Shown in pieces: positions 36,601 through 49,227 of a stretch of 64,000 bases of DNA. Made by a program: the position numbers and the translations under genes. The stretch is from Macrostomum hystrix. Taxonomy: Eukaryota; Animalia; Platyhelminthes. The notes under the pieces were generated by a model, which was not told the DNA's origin, ran no database searches, and worked only from the letters and a program-made list of their open reading frames with translations. The stretch's first letter is position 1. The number at the start of each line of letters is the position of its first letter. Where the stretch lies: contig CATNEN010000002.1 of the NCBI GenBank assembly GCA_950097015.1, forward strand, positions 3,162,001 through 3,226,000, in the 5' to 3' direction.

Positions 36601-37678
36601 GCTGGTCGGCGGCTTTCAGCAGGGTGACTTCTCGAGAGAACAACATCGGCGCCGTCGCCACACCGTCGGCATCGTGACCAACGCCGCCGTTGCCTCCGGC
36701 GCTGCGGATTCCACCGGCGACGCTTCTGCGATAGGCGCCTGGTGGCGGAGGACGCTGCGGTGCTGATTGCTGCTGCCTGCGCAGCGGAACTGTGGCAGCC
36801 GCGGCAGCCGCAGCGTCTGGCGAGTCAACCCCGCCGATGGCTGATAGGTCGATTTCTTGGAAATCGTCCAGATCAATCGTCAGCTCCGGCGATGGTCGCC
36901 CCACCTGAAGTAGGCAACCCCACAGGGCAACCAGGTGAGGGCGGAGCAGCCGCTGCAGCAGCTCCTCGGATTCTGGCGAGCCGATGAGGCAGGCAGCTTC
37001 AACTGCAGGCGGCATCGGATCGCCGACTTCGTCACTGGCGCTGTCTGGGAACGGACTGCTGGGCTGGCCGTGATGCTTCAGCCGCTGAATCACCGCGCCG
37101 AGGCCACAGACGTTGGGTAGCGGCGGCCGTGTCAGAAAGTCGGCCAAGAAGTTGGCGTCAGCTTCGGCTACATCGGAGGATGTGAGCAGGCCTAGGCAGG
37201 CAGTGACATCGTCGCCGATACCGTAGAAGTTCACCTCGATGTCGTCGCGAGCGGTTTCAGTCTCGGTGTTTTCGTCCGAGAGGATCGCCGAGTCGTCAGT
37301 GCCCGGCGAAGCTCCATTCGAGCCAGTCCGGTCTATCATTGTGGTGGCTGTTGTTGAAGCTCCGGCATTGTCTACATTGTTCTCATCGCTGCTTTCGTCA
37401 CTGCTGCTGTCACCATCGTCATCGTTGCCAAGGTCATCCGCATCTTTGGCATCTTCAGCGCGTTGACTTGTCGGTTTGCCATCGACATTGTAAAGTCCGC
37501 GATGGGCCGACGAAGATGTCGACGTCGCAACGCTGCTGCTGCCGCTGTCCGAGGACAGGGAAGTCGAGGAGGACGAGCCAGACAGCGAAAATGGCGAGTC
37601 GCGTCCCTGTGGCACACTTTTTAATGAAGTCATCGGCGGTTTCTGCTTCTGCGATTCCGAAAGAGGCAACATTGTCAA
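33698..37678 (-). CDS. p55-subfamily MAGUK (L27-like, PDZ, SH3, HOOK, GuK), most like MPP2/MPP6
   Basis: Exons 35986-37678, 35076-35445 and 33698-34142 total 2508 nt in frame. Motifs AVARVLAGSQAD..LRPGDIIREANG, LRACFDYQP..DPLLP, LIPSQTLEERRKAF, AEFDRTELVLYEDV and GLSLESIR. Confidence 0.85.
34185..35050. repeat. 34-nt intronic minisatellite (gacactctaggaactggggtgaagtcaacccata), about 25 highly homogeneous units
   Basis: Fills almost the entire MAGUK intron 34143-35075. Confidence 0.97.
35488..35885. repeat. 18-nt intronic minisatellite (attgtcactct[g/a]tagctc)
   Basis: Fills most of the MAGUK intron 35446-35985. Confidence 0.95.
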
Positions 37679-38030
37679 TGGTTTAGAGGCTGGAAAGTGA
37701 ACCGTTTTTTATTTAAGCATTTTTTAACAAAAAATATATTTTTAAAAATAAATAATAAACGTAGATGTGGTTTAAAACATTTATGCCAAGATATATTCAG
37801 CTTTATATTTCATAAAAGGCGCATAGAAAAATAGACAGTAAGAATATTTTTACTTTACTCTGTAACTACTCGTAGAGGCATGCAGAGAAACTTCAATGTC
37901 AAAACGTCTAGACATCTTAAAAAAACTCAGTCAATCTCAGCGATGGACGGAGGAGCAGAAAGTACAAATAAAAGTACACGTTGTGCGCGTCTAATCAGAG
38001 AAAATACGAAAGAATTTTTGAGTCGCCAGG

Positions 38031-38954
38031 TCACTTCTCAGAACTGGGGGGCAGCAGCAGGCACATGTTGGCCACTGGCGGGCGCCACTTTGAGTCTGAG
38101 AATTTGGCGTTGAATTTCTCGTAGGTCAACTCGTCCAGGGATTTGCCAGTTTTACTCTTCATCTCCAGGTACATGCCCAGGTTGTCGCGGGGCGGCAGGT
38201 AGATCCGACTGGGAGATCATGTTAGGGATTTGAGAAATCGATCATGCTGTTACGATATTTTTATGCACTTAACACCAACCAGTAAAAAAGTACTTTACGG
38301 TACTTCGGTCAGGGACACTCATTTAGGGAACTTCAGGTACAGTACAAATAATATTGGTACAGAACATGTACTTTAGGATAATCTAGGTACAGAACAAGTA
38401 CTTTAGGATAATCTAGGTTCAGAACATGTACTTTAGGATAATCTAGGTACAGATTATGTACTTTAGGATATTCTAGGTAAAAAAGTGTACCTTTAGAAAG
38501 CTGAGGGCACAGTACATGAACTTTAAGGAAGTCCAGGTACGTGCTTAGTTTTACAAGATATGAATCATGAATCATGTACTTTAGAAGATTAAGGGTGAAA
38601 TATCAACGATCAAGGCAATTGAATTTTATTTAGTACGTTAAAACAAATTTGTTATAAGTTTGTGTTTTTTTGTTCCTCTTGTACTTACCGATCCCACCTG
38701 GGACTCTCGATCTTGAGCAGGCCCCTGACCGCGCCGCTCAGCGCTTGCACGTGCTGAAAGTCGTGCACGCCAATCTTAGGCAGGTTGGAGGCGTCGACCA
38801 GAATTAGCCGGCGCCCGTTGATGCCATTGGTGAGGAAGCAGTCCCTGTACTGGCCGAATCCGAGGCTGCAAACCCAATCAGCCACCTGCTCAGCTGACCA
38901 GTACAGGCACTCCGGAATCTCCGGATTCTGCAGATCGGCAATCTGCGACTCCAT
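38031..38954 (-). CDS. SAMD15: Sterile alpha motif domain-containing protein 15-like, 147 aa
   Basis: Exons 38689-38954 (WSAEQVADWV...YRDCFLTNGINGRRLILVDASNLPKIG) and 38031-38208 (RIYLPPRDNLGMYLEMKSKTG..DELTYEKF); 444 nt in frame. Confidence 0.8.
38335..38545. repeat. Degenerate 30-nt intronic minisatellite (gtacagaacatgtactttaggataatctag)
   Basis: About 6-7 decaying units in the SAMD15 intron. Confidence 0.85.
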
Positions 38955-39818
38955 AGCGCTGAAATTTCCGGAATTAATTTTTTACGCATTAAAAAGTTCG
39001 TTAAAACTCAGAAGATAATTAATATGAAACTTCCGGGTTGAAAGGCGTTCCTGTTTCGCACTTTGAGACTTGAGACTTTTGTTTAGCCTACACTAAATTA
39101 TTTTTAATAAAATAACATTTTTCTGAATATGTCGGACAAAGACAAATTTGAATTTGTTTCTTAGAAAATATTTACATATTCATTTACATACGTGGATATT
39201 CGACCAAGATGTTCTTATATAGAAAAAATTTGAACGAAATTACAAATTATATTTATTGTAAATACGTACACGAGTATATTTTTCATTCAGGTCATACAAA
39301 CAAATACTAAGAAATCTGCATGCAGGAAATATCGCAAAACTTTTCTTAACAATTTAATTATGAAAGAGTCTGTCAAGGTAACAAAATAGGTTTTCGGACG
39401 GAAAAAATCAGGTACGACACGTGACGGAATTCAGGAGACAACTCGGAAAACTGTTCTACCACATAATTTGTTTGCCTCTTTGCAGATGTTTGATCGAAGT
39501 TACAAATAATATTAGCCATCACTACTCGAAACATAATTGTATTGTTTTTGAAATAGTAAAAGGTTGATTTATTTTAACTTCACGACCAGCTACAAGTAAA
39601 CAAAGATGTTCTATAATTAACTTCACTGCTTAATCTATCCATCTGTATCTACTCAAGGCACGGCAAACATTTCCTAGAAAAAATCCGTTGCGATGATATA
39701 GTTTTTTTTCGCAGCAAAACAGAGGAATTGAGTTTCTATGTGCTAGAAAAAATATTTCGCTTACAAGTAAAAAAAATTCGATGTCAAAGAGAGTTCTTTC
39801 GAAGCTGGAATTTCTGAA

Positions 39819-42800
39819 TTAATTAGCCGCCTTCTTTAGCAGACTCAGCTGGGCCTTGATGCTGGCGTTCGGAGGCGGAGCTGAGACACTCAGACTTTGG
39901 CCCGCCTGGGCGGACCGGTTGCTCAAGTCGAACAGGTTGAGTATGGATGTCCGCTGGAACAGATGGGATTTGGAGTTTGGGTTCGGGATTTTCAACTTAT
40001 TGGCGATTGAATGCCGATTATCGAGCTTGGGCCTTTGTTCCGGTTTGGAAACCTTCCGGTTTGGAAACCTTCCGGTTTGGAAACCTTCCGGTTTGGAAAC
40101 CTTCCGGTTTGGAAACCTTCCGGTTTGGAAACCTTCCGGTTTGGAAACCTTCCGGTTTGGAAACCTTCCGGTTTGGAAACCTTCCGATTTGGAAACCTTC
40201 CGGTTTGGAAACCTTCCGGTTTGGAAACCTTCCGATTTGGAAACCTTCCGATTTGGAAACCTTCCGGTTTGGAACCCGGGAATCATTTCGGCTCGCAGTT
40301 CCCTACGCAGATCCCGCAGCTCACATTCGGCAGCGGTGGCAAGCTGAGCATCGAAGGCGGCTGTGTCAGCCTGGCGCCCCTGACACCGTGTGGCTGAAAG
40401 TACAGGTGCGCCCTGGGATTGTACACCTTGTGCTCGCCGCGCTGCGGCATGAAGAGCGCCGGTATGGTGACCTCGTCGTGGCCCGCTAGCTGGCTCCCAG
40501 CTTCATCGTCCTCATCGTCGAAGCCGGTGTTCGAATCGGCAGCCAGGCGCGACAGCTCCATGAGCTGCGCCTCGACTTCGCGCGCGATCTCCGCCCGGAT
40601 CTGTGCCACCAGGCGAGCCTTGTGCTCCTTGGTGAGGTGGCTCAGCAGCTCCATGCGCTCGAAGAAGTCGTCCGGAAAGCCCTCGCCCCAGGCTGGGAGC
40701 GGCCGGCCCACCATGAAATTCTTCAGGGGCCGCTGCGGCCGTGGCGGAACACGAATGCCGGCCTTCTTCGGCGGCTGCTGGGACTGCGTCGGCGGCTGCG
40801 GCTATAAGGAAAGAAACGAAAAATAAACTACGTCATATATACAACATTGAATGACCAGATTGAACGACTAAACATTGACATCCGACTGTCACCATTGACA
40901 TCCGACTGTCAGCATTGACATCCGACTGTCAGCATTGACATCCGACTGTCACCATAGACATCCGACTGTCACCATTGACATCCGACTGTCAGCATTGACA
41001 TCCGACTGTCACCATTGACATCCGACTGTCAACATTGACATCCGACAGTCAACATTGACATCCGACAGTCACCATTGACATCCGACAGTCAACATTGACA
41101 TCCGACTGTCAACATTGACATCCGACAGTCAACATTGACATCCGACAGTCAGCATTGACATCCGACTGTCACGACTGGCATCCGACTGTCACCATCGACA
41201 TCTGACTGTCACCATCGACATCTGACTGTCACCATTGACACCTGACTGTCACCATTGACACCTGACTGTCACCATTGACACCCGACTGTCAGCACTCAGG
41301 GCTTATTACCGCTGAGTCCTCGCCTGCTGCCAGCGGTGTCGCTCTTCGACCCGAAGACCTCCGTGAGCCCGGCAGGGAGCGCTGGGCGCTGGTGGCTCTG
41401 TCATTGGTCTCCGTTGTCGGTTGCCGCTGGACGGAGAACTCGGCGACGCTTTTGGAACCAATCTGCGCCTCCAGTGCCTTCAGTTTGTCTCTGCAGGGCG
41501 AATTACGGAATGCAGCATGAGGTAAGGGTCTTATTAACTGTAGAGAGACCACAGGGCTATTTCGAATACCCACTGCCTACTTCACTTCACAAAAACGTGG
41601 ATAAAAATTTTGCGGCCGTGGTATTTCTACTGGTTTAAACTAGCTACTCAATTATCAAAGAATCTCAACAGAAAATTAATTTTTTTTCTCAAAAATCTTA
41701 CATGTAGTCCTGTTCTAGTTGAGCGAATTTCTCTGAGAACTCTTCGTTCAACCTGTCGAATTCCTCTTTTGGTACGTTTTCCTGGAAACCGTTAAGAGTG
41801 TGATTGTAGTTAAACAAATTTAATTTTGCGATTCAAGTTAGTTGCTGATTTTATAAAAGGTTCATATCTAAATTAATTAGATTATTAGGCTAGAAATATA
41901 CGAAGCATGCCTGTTAAATTAGTAAAAATTTACGTGTAAGATTAGTAGTTTAGTTATTAATTAGTAATTTCACTTTCTAACCTCCTAAATATTTCGTTTG
42001 ACATATCAGAAGATTAAAAAAGACTTATTCGTCTTATTTTTTGGACTCGTTCATCTAACTTGAAAAGCCTTTGACACTAATGTGATAGTAATTCTGGAAA
42101 ATATATTTTCAGAATATATTATCTGCCGATAGGTCAGAGGTGAGTGCGTAGTCTTACAGGCTGCGGCGTGATAGGCCTTGGAGACATGGACGCGTCGACT
42201 TTCTCCCTTGTCAGCTCCTCCTTGGTGACCTTGTTTAGATCGATCCCAGTCAGATTCTCAACCAGCTGGTACAGTGACTCGGTGTCTGGATCAAGATTAA
42301 TAAGGGGCCGCCCGTGTGCTCAGAATGATTGCTGATGTCATGCGAGAACAATACAACTGCTTACTGCCTAATCTACTGGGTTAGTATTGACTGAGTAAAT
42401 TTGAAATAAAATGGTTTTTTAAACAAACAATGAACTACAAAGGGGATTGATTAAATATGGACTTGCGCACATACCAAAACCTTCTAATTGGGATCTTCTA
42501 AACCTTCTAGTTAGGATCTTCTAAACCTTCTAGTTGGGATCTTCCAAACCTTCTAGTTGGGATCTTCTAAACCTTCTAGTTGGGATCTTCTAAACCTTCT
42601 AGTTGGGATCTTCTAAACCATCTTATTGGGATTTTCTAAACCATCTTATTGGGATTTTCTAAGCCTTCTAGTTGGGATCTTCTAAACCATCTTATTGGGA
42701 TTTTCTAAGCCTTCTAGTTGGGATTTTCTAAACCTTCTAGTTAGGATCTTCTAAACCTTCTAGTTAGGATCTTCTAAACCTTCTAGTTGGGATCTTCTAA

Positions 42801-45800
42801 ACCTTCTAGTTGGGATCTTCCAAACCATCTAGTTGGGATCTTCTAAACCTTCTAGTTGGGATCTTCTAAACCTTCTAGTTGGGATCTTCTAAACCTTCTA
42901 GTTGGGATCTTCTAAACCTTCTAGTTGGGATCTTCTAAACCTTCTAGTTGGGATTTTCTAAGCCTTCTAGTTGGGATTTTCTAAGCCTTCTAGTTGGGAT
43001 TTTCTAAACCTTCTAGTTAGGATCTTCTAAACCTTCTAGTTAGGATCTTCTAAACCTTCTAGTTGGGATATTCCAAACCATCTAGTTGGGATCTTCTAAA
43101 CCTTCTATTTGGGATTTTCCAAACCTTCTAGTTGGGATTATCTAAGCCTTCTAGTTGGGATTATCTAAACCATCTAGTTGGGATCTTCGTAACAGCTTCG
43201 GTGTAGAGGGTCGCCAGAAGTAAAAAAAAAGTTGAAATGGCAATTTGAAATCCGACATGCAAAACCATAGGTCAGATTTGGTGCTGGAACATCACACAAA
43301 ACGGCTTTCGAATCCGAAATAAATAGATTAAAGTGTGATCTCAAATGTGCACTTTGAAATTGCATCTCATGCTGAATTAGAAAATAAATTATTGAACCAT
43401 TTTGAAGGGTGACTTTTCCGAGCGTGAAAATGTATGGGTTAGTATAAAGAGACATTGAAAGAAAAATATAAATTTACAGTTGGTGATGATTGCATTAACA
43501 AAGGTGAGGTAGAAACCTGATCTTTTGCTATTGGTTTGGGCAGTGTGACACAAAGGGGTTGTGACATTGTGGTTAGAGCGTCAGATTAATGTCTTGAAGG
43601 TCGGGGGTTCGATTCCTGACTCCATTTGTACAATTTGTATCCTTTAGCAAGACACGCTTCAGTTGACCCAGCGTTAAATGTGTACTAGCTGGGTTAATTG
43701 AGGGTGGGTGTGGCGTCCCCCGAGTCCATGGACTGAACGGCTGTACGCAGCCTTCAGGTCTAAAAAATTTGCGTGAACAAAACTCAAGGTTTGGAAGAGA
43801 AAAATTACCATAGACACTGCGAAAGCTTGTCTGAATGACTCTGAAAATTGTAGCAGGCAAATGAAACACATCCGTTAATAAAACTAATATTTTTTCTCAG
43901 CAATCGCTTCAATGCGAAATCGCACCATTCTGATTGACCTTACTGCAACGTCATTAGCAACGTCGTCAAAAAATGAAAAAAAAATAATTGCAGGAGGGCT
44001 GTGGGCAATGGTACATCATTTGGTGACACTAGAATTTCACTGACTCCTGAGCACACGCACACAGATACCGTACGCAGGCACAAACACACAGGATTGTACA
44101 TCTGCCCTGACTTTCTCATTGTCGGGCAGTGTACACTTTAACTGTGCCTTGGAGGTTGGCCCTCAAGGGCGTAAATTGTATACGGCAAGCCCCCAAAGCC
44201 TTCTCTCAGCGGCTGCGCCCCAATTCAATGTGGACTCGCCGCCGAATCGAGCTCAGGGACCTTGGTGCGAGAGGCAGACGCGTTAACCGCTCTGCCACCG
44301 ACCCCCTCTGTTAATTTCGTTGTTCTTCAGCAGTCCTAGTTAGCAGTTGTGTTCGAACTCACTGTTGTCCCTATCGGCGGTTCTCAGAATGGGCCACCTG
44401 GTCCAGTAGATGAGCATGGGCAGCTGGCCCGCCTCGATGTCGTTCAGCAGCAGCGGGTACTCGGTCGGGCCCAGCTCGTCGAGAGTTCGACGCCTGCGCT
44501 CCAGCTCCTCATTTGTCTCTATTGCTTCGGCTGCGGCGTTGTCCTCGGCGCTGCCCGACTGCAGCGACGGCACCTCCAAGGTGAGCAGCTCGGCATCGAT
44601 GAGTTGGCGCAGGCTGAGCACAGTGTTTCCCACGTGGTCCATGCGCTCGTTCTGCACGGAGAGGCGCAGGGAGGGGCCGCCCCGCTCGGGAATCATGCCT
44701 TCGGGCACCTGGAAGCTCACCTCCTGGTAGCCGACGCTGCCTCCACTGACGTCGCCGCTGTTGTCCTCTCCTGAGGCACCCTAAAATATTTATTGATTAG
44801 GATGCTTAAGGAGGTTCAACAAAGACTGAAAAGAAGACTATTAGACAGGCTGGACACACCGAACCCAGCGAATGCTGTTTCCTATTTTACAGCTCAGTAA
44901 TCGGCTATTTAAAGGACTGGCTCAATGACTCAAATATTTTGTTTTCTTTGGGCTGAAGCTCTAACCACTGGTGAGAGACACTTTTGAGTAGAGTGGACAC
45001 CTGGAACCAAGAAACAACTCTTGGTAGTAGAAATACCATGGAATTATCATGGAATTACCATGGAATTACCATGGAATTATCTCACATATTCACAGTTTTT
45101 CTGTATCTAGCAAACTATTGAACCAATCGCTATGAAAATGTAGAACACAGGTTAAAATTTTCCACTCTATCCAATGAAACAGCTTCCAGAATCACCAGAA
45201 TCGGCATCGTCAAGATATTCAACGATTCCATGGGGTATTTGAAATTCCCCCGTGCTCTTTCGCCAGGAGGAAAATAACGTGGTGTTTTCTATTGTTTAAC
45301 GTTTCCAAGCAACGCGCACCTGTCGTTTTCGTGGCATTCGACGCTTCTCATCGGCCGCCCTGGTCAGCACGTCCTGCACTTCCAGCCGGTGAGTCGCCGT
45401 CTCCATGTCGCCGCCGCCGAACTCAACCTCCACCATCACCTGCTTGGCTTTCACCTGCCTGGCCGGATAAACCCGGATGTGGAGTCTCCGGCCAAACTCC
45501 GGCTCGTGAGTCCACACCTCCGCGTCTGCGGTCTCAACAGGTAGCGCAATCTCGGCTGGCATCTGCAATATGAGCAGGAATCCTGAGACACAGTGGCTAG
45601 AGCCAGTGATCGACTTGGTACTCGAATGGTGTGACCGAGTGGTTGGGAGTATAAATGATAATAATTGCAGGAGGGCTGCGGGCAGTGGCACATCATTTGG
45701 TGACACTAGACCCGCACCCAGCGAGCAGGCAATTCTGCCCATTTCGCTGACTCCTGAGCACACGCACACACAAATACCGCATGCAGGCACACGCTCACAC

Positions 45801-47566
45801 AGGTGTGTACATCTGCCCTGCACACTCTCACTGTGTCTTGGGGGTTGGCCCTTCTCTCCGCGGCTGCGCCCCAATTTAGTGTGGCCTCACCCTGGCATCG
45901 AGCTCATGGACATTGAACGCGTTAGACCGGAACACAGTTTCAGAGGCTGTAACACAAACACTGGGGCTTCCTGTACATACGGTCTAATTCGCTAATTCGC
46001 TAATTCGGGTAAGAGCTGCAAGCGAATTTCAGATAATTCATTGTCAGATATTGGAGTCAGATTATTCAGAATACGGAGGGAAAAGTTCACCAATGGAAAA
46101 AACCCAAAGCCAACGGACCGGAACTGCCGGCTCGTCCACTTCGCTCATCGACTCGAGCTCAATCTCGGGAAATTCCTCGTCCACCTGCTGCACAGCCGCC
46201 GCAGTTTTCTCCTCGGTCGCTTGCCGTTCGAGCGTCCCCTCAGCTGACGACTCTCTGGCCTCTCCGGCCTCTTCATCGGCATCGTCAACGCCTGCGTTGA
46301 CGTCTTCACCAGCGTCGGATACTTCGGCCTCGGACTCCAGGTCGCTCTGGTCCTCAGCAAAGTAGCGGCCGAGGTGTTCCACACCCATGGCCGCCCGCTT
46401 CTTGAAGTCGTGCATGCGGAACTTCCATCGTCGGCCGTGGCCGCGGGCCATCTGCACCCTGGCGAAGAGCTTCTCCCAGTTCATGATGCGGCGCTCGCGT
46501 CCGACTCGCTTCACCTCGGCGTCCTGCGTTGTCAGGCGACGCAGCGCGATCTCCAGCTGGCTCTTCTTGCGCGCGTAGTCCTCGTGCATCTTCTGCAGGG
46601 CGGCCTTCTTCTCCTCCCAGGGCGAGCTGTACACGCGCACGAGTCGCAGCAGCTCCCACAGCGGGAATTGCAGGTCCGAGTAGCTGAAGCGGGGGTACAT
46701 TGTCTGACAATCATCGTTAAGAAGTAAGAAGGCCGCACTTAGCATGACAATCAACTTTGGTTTATCACTGAATGAACTGGCAATAATACAAAAAATAATA
46801 ACTTGCAACACCTGCTCTAATAGGGCCAGATGTGCAGCCCACAGCTCAGCCCCAGCTATCGCGCGTTGCATCTGAAGGCTGCGTACGACTGTTCAGTCCA
46901 TGGACTGGGGAGATGCCACACCAACCATCCATTACCCCAGCCAATTCTGGTACCCATTTAACAGCTGGGTGTTAAGTGTATAGCAAAAAGCCACAAGTTG
47001 TTACAGTGGAGTCAGGAATCGAACCCCCGATCTTCAAGTCGTAAGTTCGACTCCAACCCCCCACTAGGCTACTAGCACACACACACATGTGTGAATCTTT
47101 AAGAGACTTTCTCATTGTCTATTTTTTAACTTGATTTTCAGCTGGCTCACCTGCGAAATAGTTTTCCAGAAATTAGAGACAACTGCAGCAGAAAATTCGG
47201 TGGCAGCATCTGTTGCATTAGTTCGTCTTTGAAGTAGATAAACTGCAAGGATGGTGTGTGCTGATGTTCGAGTGTTTCATTCCAGCCGGTAAAAAGGCAC
47301 TTCACATTGAGCAAGCCAACTCACATTGTCCATATCTGCCTGCAGCAGAGCGAGCGAACCAACAACACCGTCCACCAGGGTGATGAACTGGCGATAGACC
47401 TCCGGATCATCTTCGAGTGTCTGCTCCTCGTACTCAATCTAACAAATCAGTGAAAGCTGAATTCTTAGTAGAATGTTTAATTATTGGAATTACTCTCGCA
47501 ACTGCTTTAACTCACCTCGACATTATCCTCCTCGCTGAATGCGACCTGCTGCGGTTGCCGCGACAT
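39819..47566 (-). CDS. Uncharacterised 827-aa protein: N-terminal coiled-coil, acidic linker, C2-like beta region, C-terminal coiled-coil/Pro-rich tail
   Basis: Eleven GT-AG exons with consistent phases: 47516-47566, 47325-47438, 47151-47242, 46119-46683, 45320-45562, 44363-44780, 42158-42285, 41702-41781, 41310-41490, 40325-40801, 39819-39953 (2484 nt). A few boundaries have in-frame alternatives. Family name not recognised. Confidence 0.75.
40040..40275. repeat. 16-nt intronic minisatellite (ggtttggaaaccttcc)
   Basis: About 14-15 units in the last intron of the unnamed gene. Confidence 0.95.
40872..41290. repeat. 20-nt intronic minisatellite (attgacatccgactgtca[cc/gc/ac])
   Basis: About 21 units filling intron 40802-41309. 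Confidence 0.95.
42480..43185. repeat. 23-nt intronic minisatellite (aaccttctagttgggatcttcta)
   Basis: About 30 units. Confidence 0.95.
43570..43760 (+). mobile_element. SINE family 1 copy
   Basis: gtggttagagcgtcaga...gggggttcgattcc, gtatcctttagcaagacacg, gagtccatggactgaacggctgtacgcagccttcag. Confidence 0.8.
43982..44305 (-). mobile_element. SINE family 2 copy
   Basis: Colinear with 32790-33122 from aataattgcaggagggctg to cgttaaccgctctgccac. Confidence 0.8.
45655..45915 (-). mobile_element. SINE family 2 copy (head degraded)
   Basis: ataattgcaggagggctgcgggcagtggcacatcat...gctgactcctgagcacacg...atcgagctca. Confidence 0.75.
46815..47075 (-). mobile_element. SINE family 1 copy
   Basis: gcatctgaaggctgcgtacgactgttcagtccatggactggg...ggaatcgaacccccgatcttcaagtcgtaagt...ccactaggcta. 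Confidence 0.8.
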
Positions 47567-48057
47567 TCTTCTCTCAAATGCTTTCCCACCGGTTTGTTAA
47601 AGATGTTTTGTGCAACAATGGCTCAGATATTTTTGCCTGAAAGGGTAAAGAAATCAGTATAGTCTCTAAATGTCACAGGTAGATAATCGAATCTCTGGTT
47701 CCGTCTGCGATAAAAATATCACGGCAAACAAAAAACTAACGCTTCAACGGGTAAGTAAGAACCTGAAACGAGTGTGCTGCACATTTTACTTTAATAATCA
47801 GCATTTTGCGTGTACACATAGGTGAGCATTCTCTGGTAGTTAACAGTAAACAGGCAAGCGTAAAGTTAAGGGCAAAGCGTAGAGTTAAACGAAATTGTTG
47901 ACGCTTACTTATTAATCTGAGAAATAGATTTCAAAAGACGTCTCTGTTTTAAAAGACAAATTTTGAAGTCTAACAAAAATTAATGAAATGTTCTCTTTTT
48001 TAATAAATAATCAAAACATCTAGAAAGAAATATTTATCTGACAATATCTTCATTTAG

Positions 48058-48355
48058 GCGGTGAGTGGCACCAAGGTCCCTGAGCTCGATTCCGCGGCGA
48101 GGCCACATTCATTTAGGGTGCAGCCTCGAAGAGAAGGCTTTGAGGGCCAAATTCCAGGACACTGTCAAAGCGTACACTGCCTCACTATGAGAGTAGATGT
48201 AATGGACAGAATCGCCCCCTCGCTGAATGCGTATCTGCTGTCACCAACGTGCCATTGCTCACAGCCCTCCGGCAAATATTATAACATATTATCACATATT
48301 ATCACATATTATCACATATTATCACATATTATCACATATTATCACATATTATCAC
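48058..48355 (+). mobile_element. SINE family 2 copy with its tail expanded into (atcacatatt)n
   Basis: gcaccaaggtccctgagctcgattccgcggcgaggccac head, ...ccattgctcacagccctccggcaaatatt, then about 6 10-nt units. Confidence 0.75.
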
Positions 48356-49175
48356 CCGATCACATATCTTGCTAGGTTAATTAAACAAGCAACGAAAACT
48401 TTTGACAATATAAATTTGAATCAGACATTGATTTACAGGAAAGTGAAAGAGCAGCATGTAACGTCTATCGCAAATCCAGTTGAAAACAAACTGCACGAAT
48501 GATTGACACGTCCGGTTGCGTGAAAATGTTATTAAAAGACCCGTAAAATATTGAAGATAAAAATATTAGAAACTATGGACGGTTCTCAGTGAGGAATGTT
48601 TATGAAAGCATTATTTGGTCAGCTGAATGAAATTTCAGCCGGAATGTTTTTTATAAAAATAACCTCAGAATTGATCATTGACTCACAAATTTTTACAAGA
48701 ACAAAACAGGTGCTCTTCACCAATATCGTACTTATCCTATTCTTCATCACTAAACTAACCAAGATTAAATCGAGCCAAACCAATTCTGTTACAGGACAAC
48801 GAGCAAATCACAAGCCAGATTGTAATACAATACGTGAAAAAGCAAGACAAAAATATTATGAATGAAGAAAAAAGCTGTGCAGTCTTAGAGTAACAAAATA
48901 TCGCGCACATCTTTAATGCATTTTTAGGTCGAGAAACGCGCAGAACACATTTTGGCAAATTTAAAGTCTTTACGCTCACAATAAAGGCAACGCTAACTTT
49001 TAAACAGTAAAATAATATCATTGTTAAGAAATGACTTTCGAGTCTACTATACTCAAAGTGCCTTGGTAAAGCTTCAAACACCAGGATAAAATGAATAACG
49101 ATCCCACATTTCGGGAGAAAATAACCTTTGCTTTCCTTGACAAAAAAAGCAAAAAAAACATTACGAAGCCTGTGT

Positions 49176-49195
49176 TCATTTTTTTCGAAACATTG

Positions 49196-49227
<32 letters not shown>

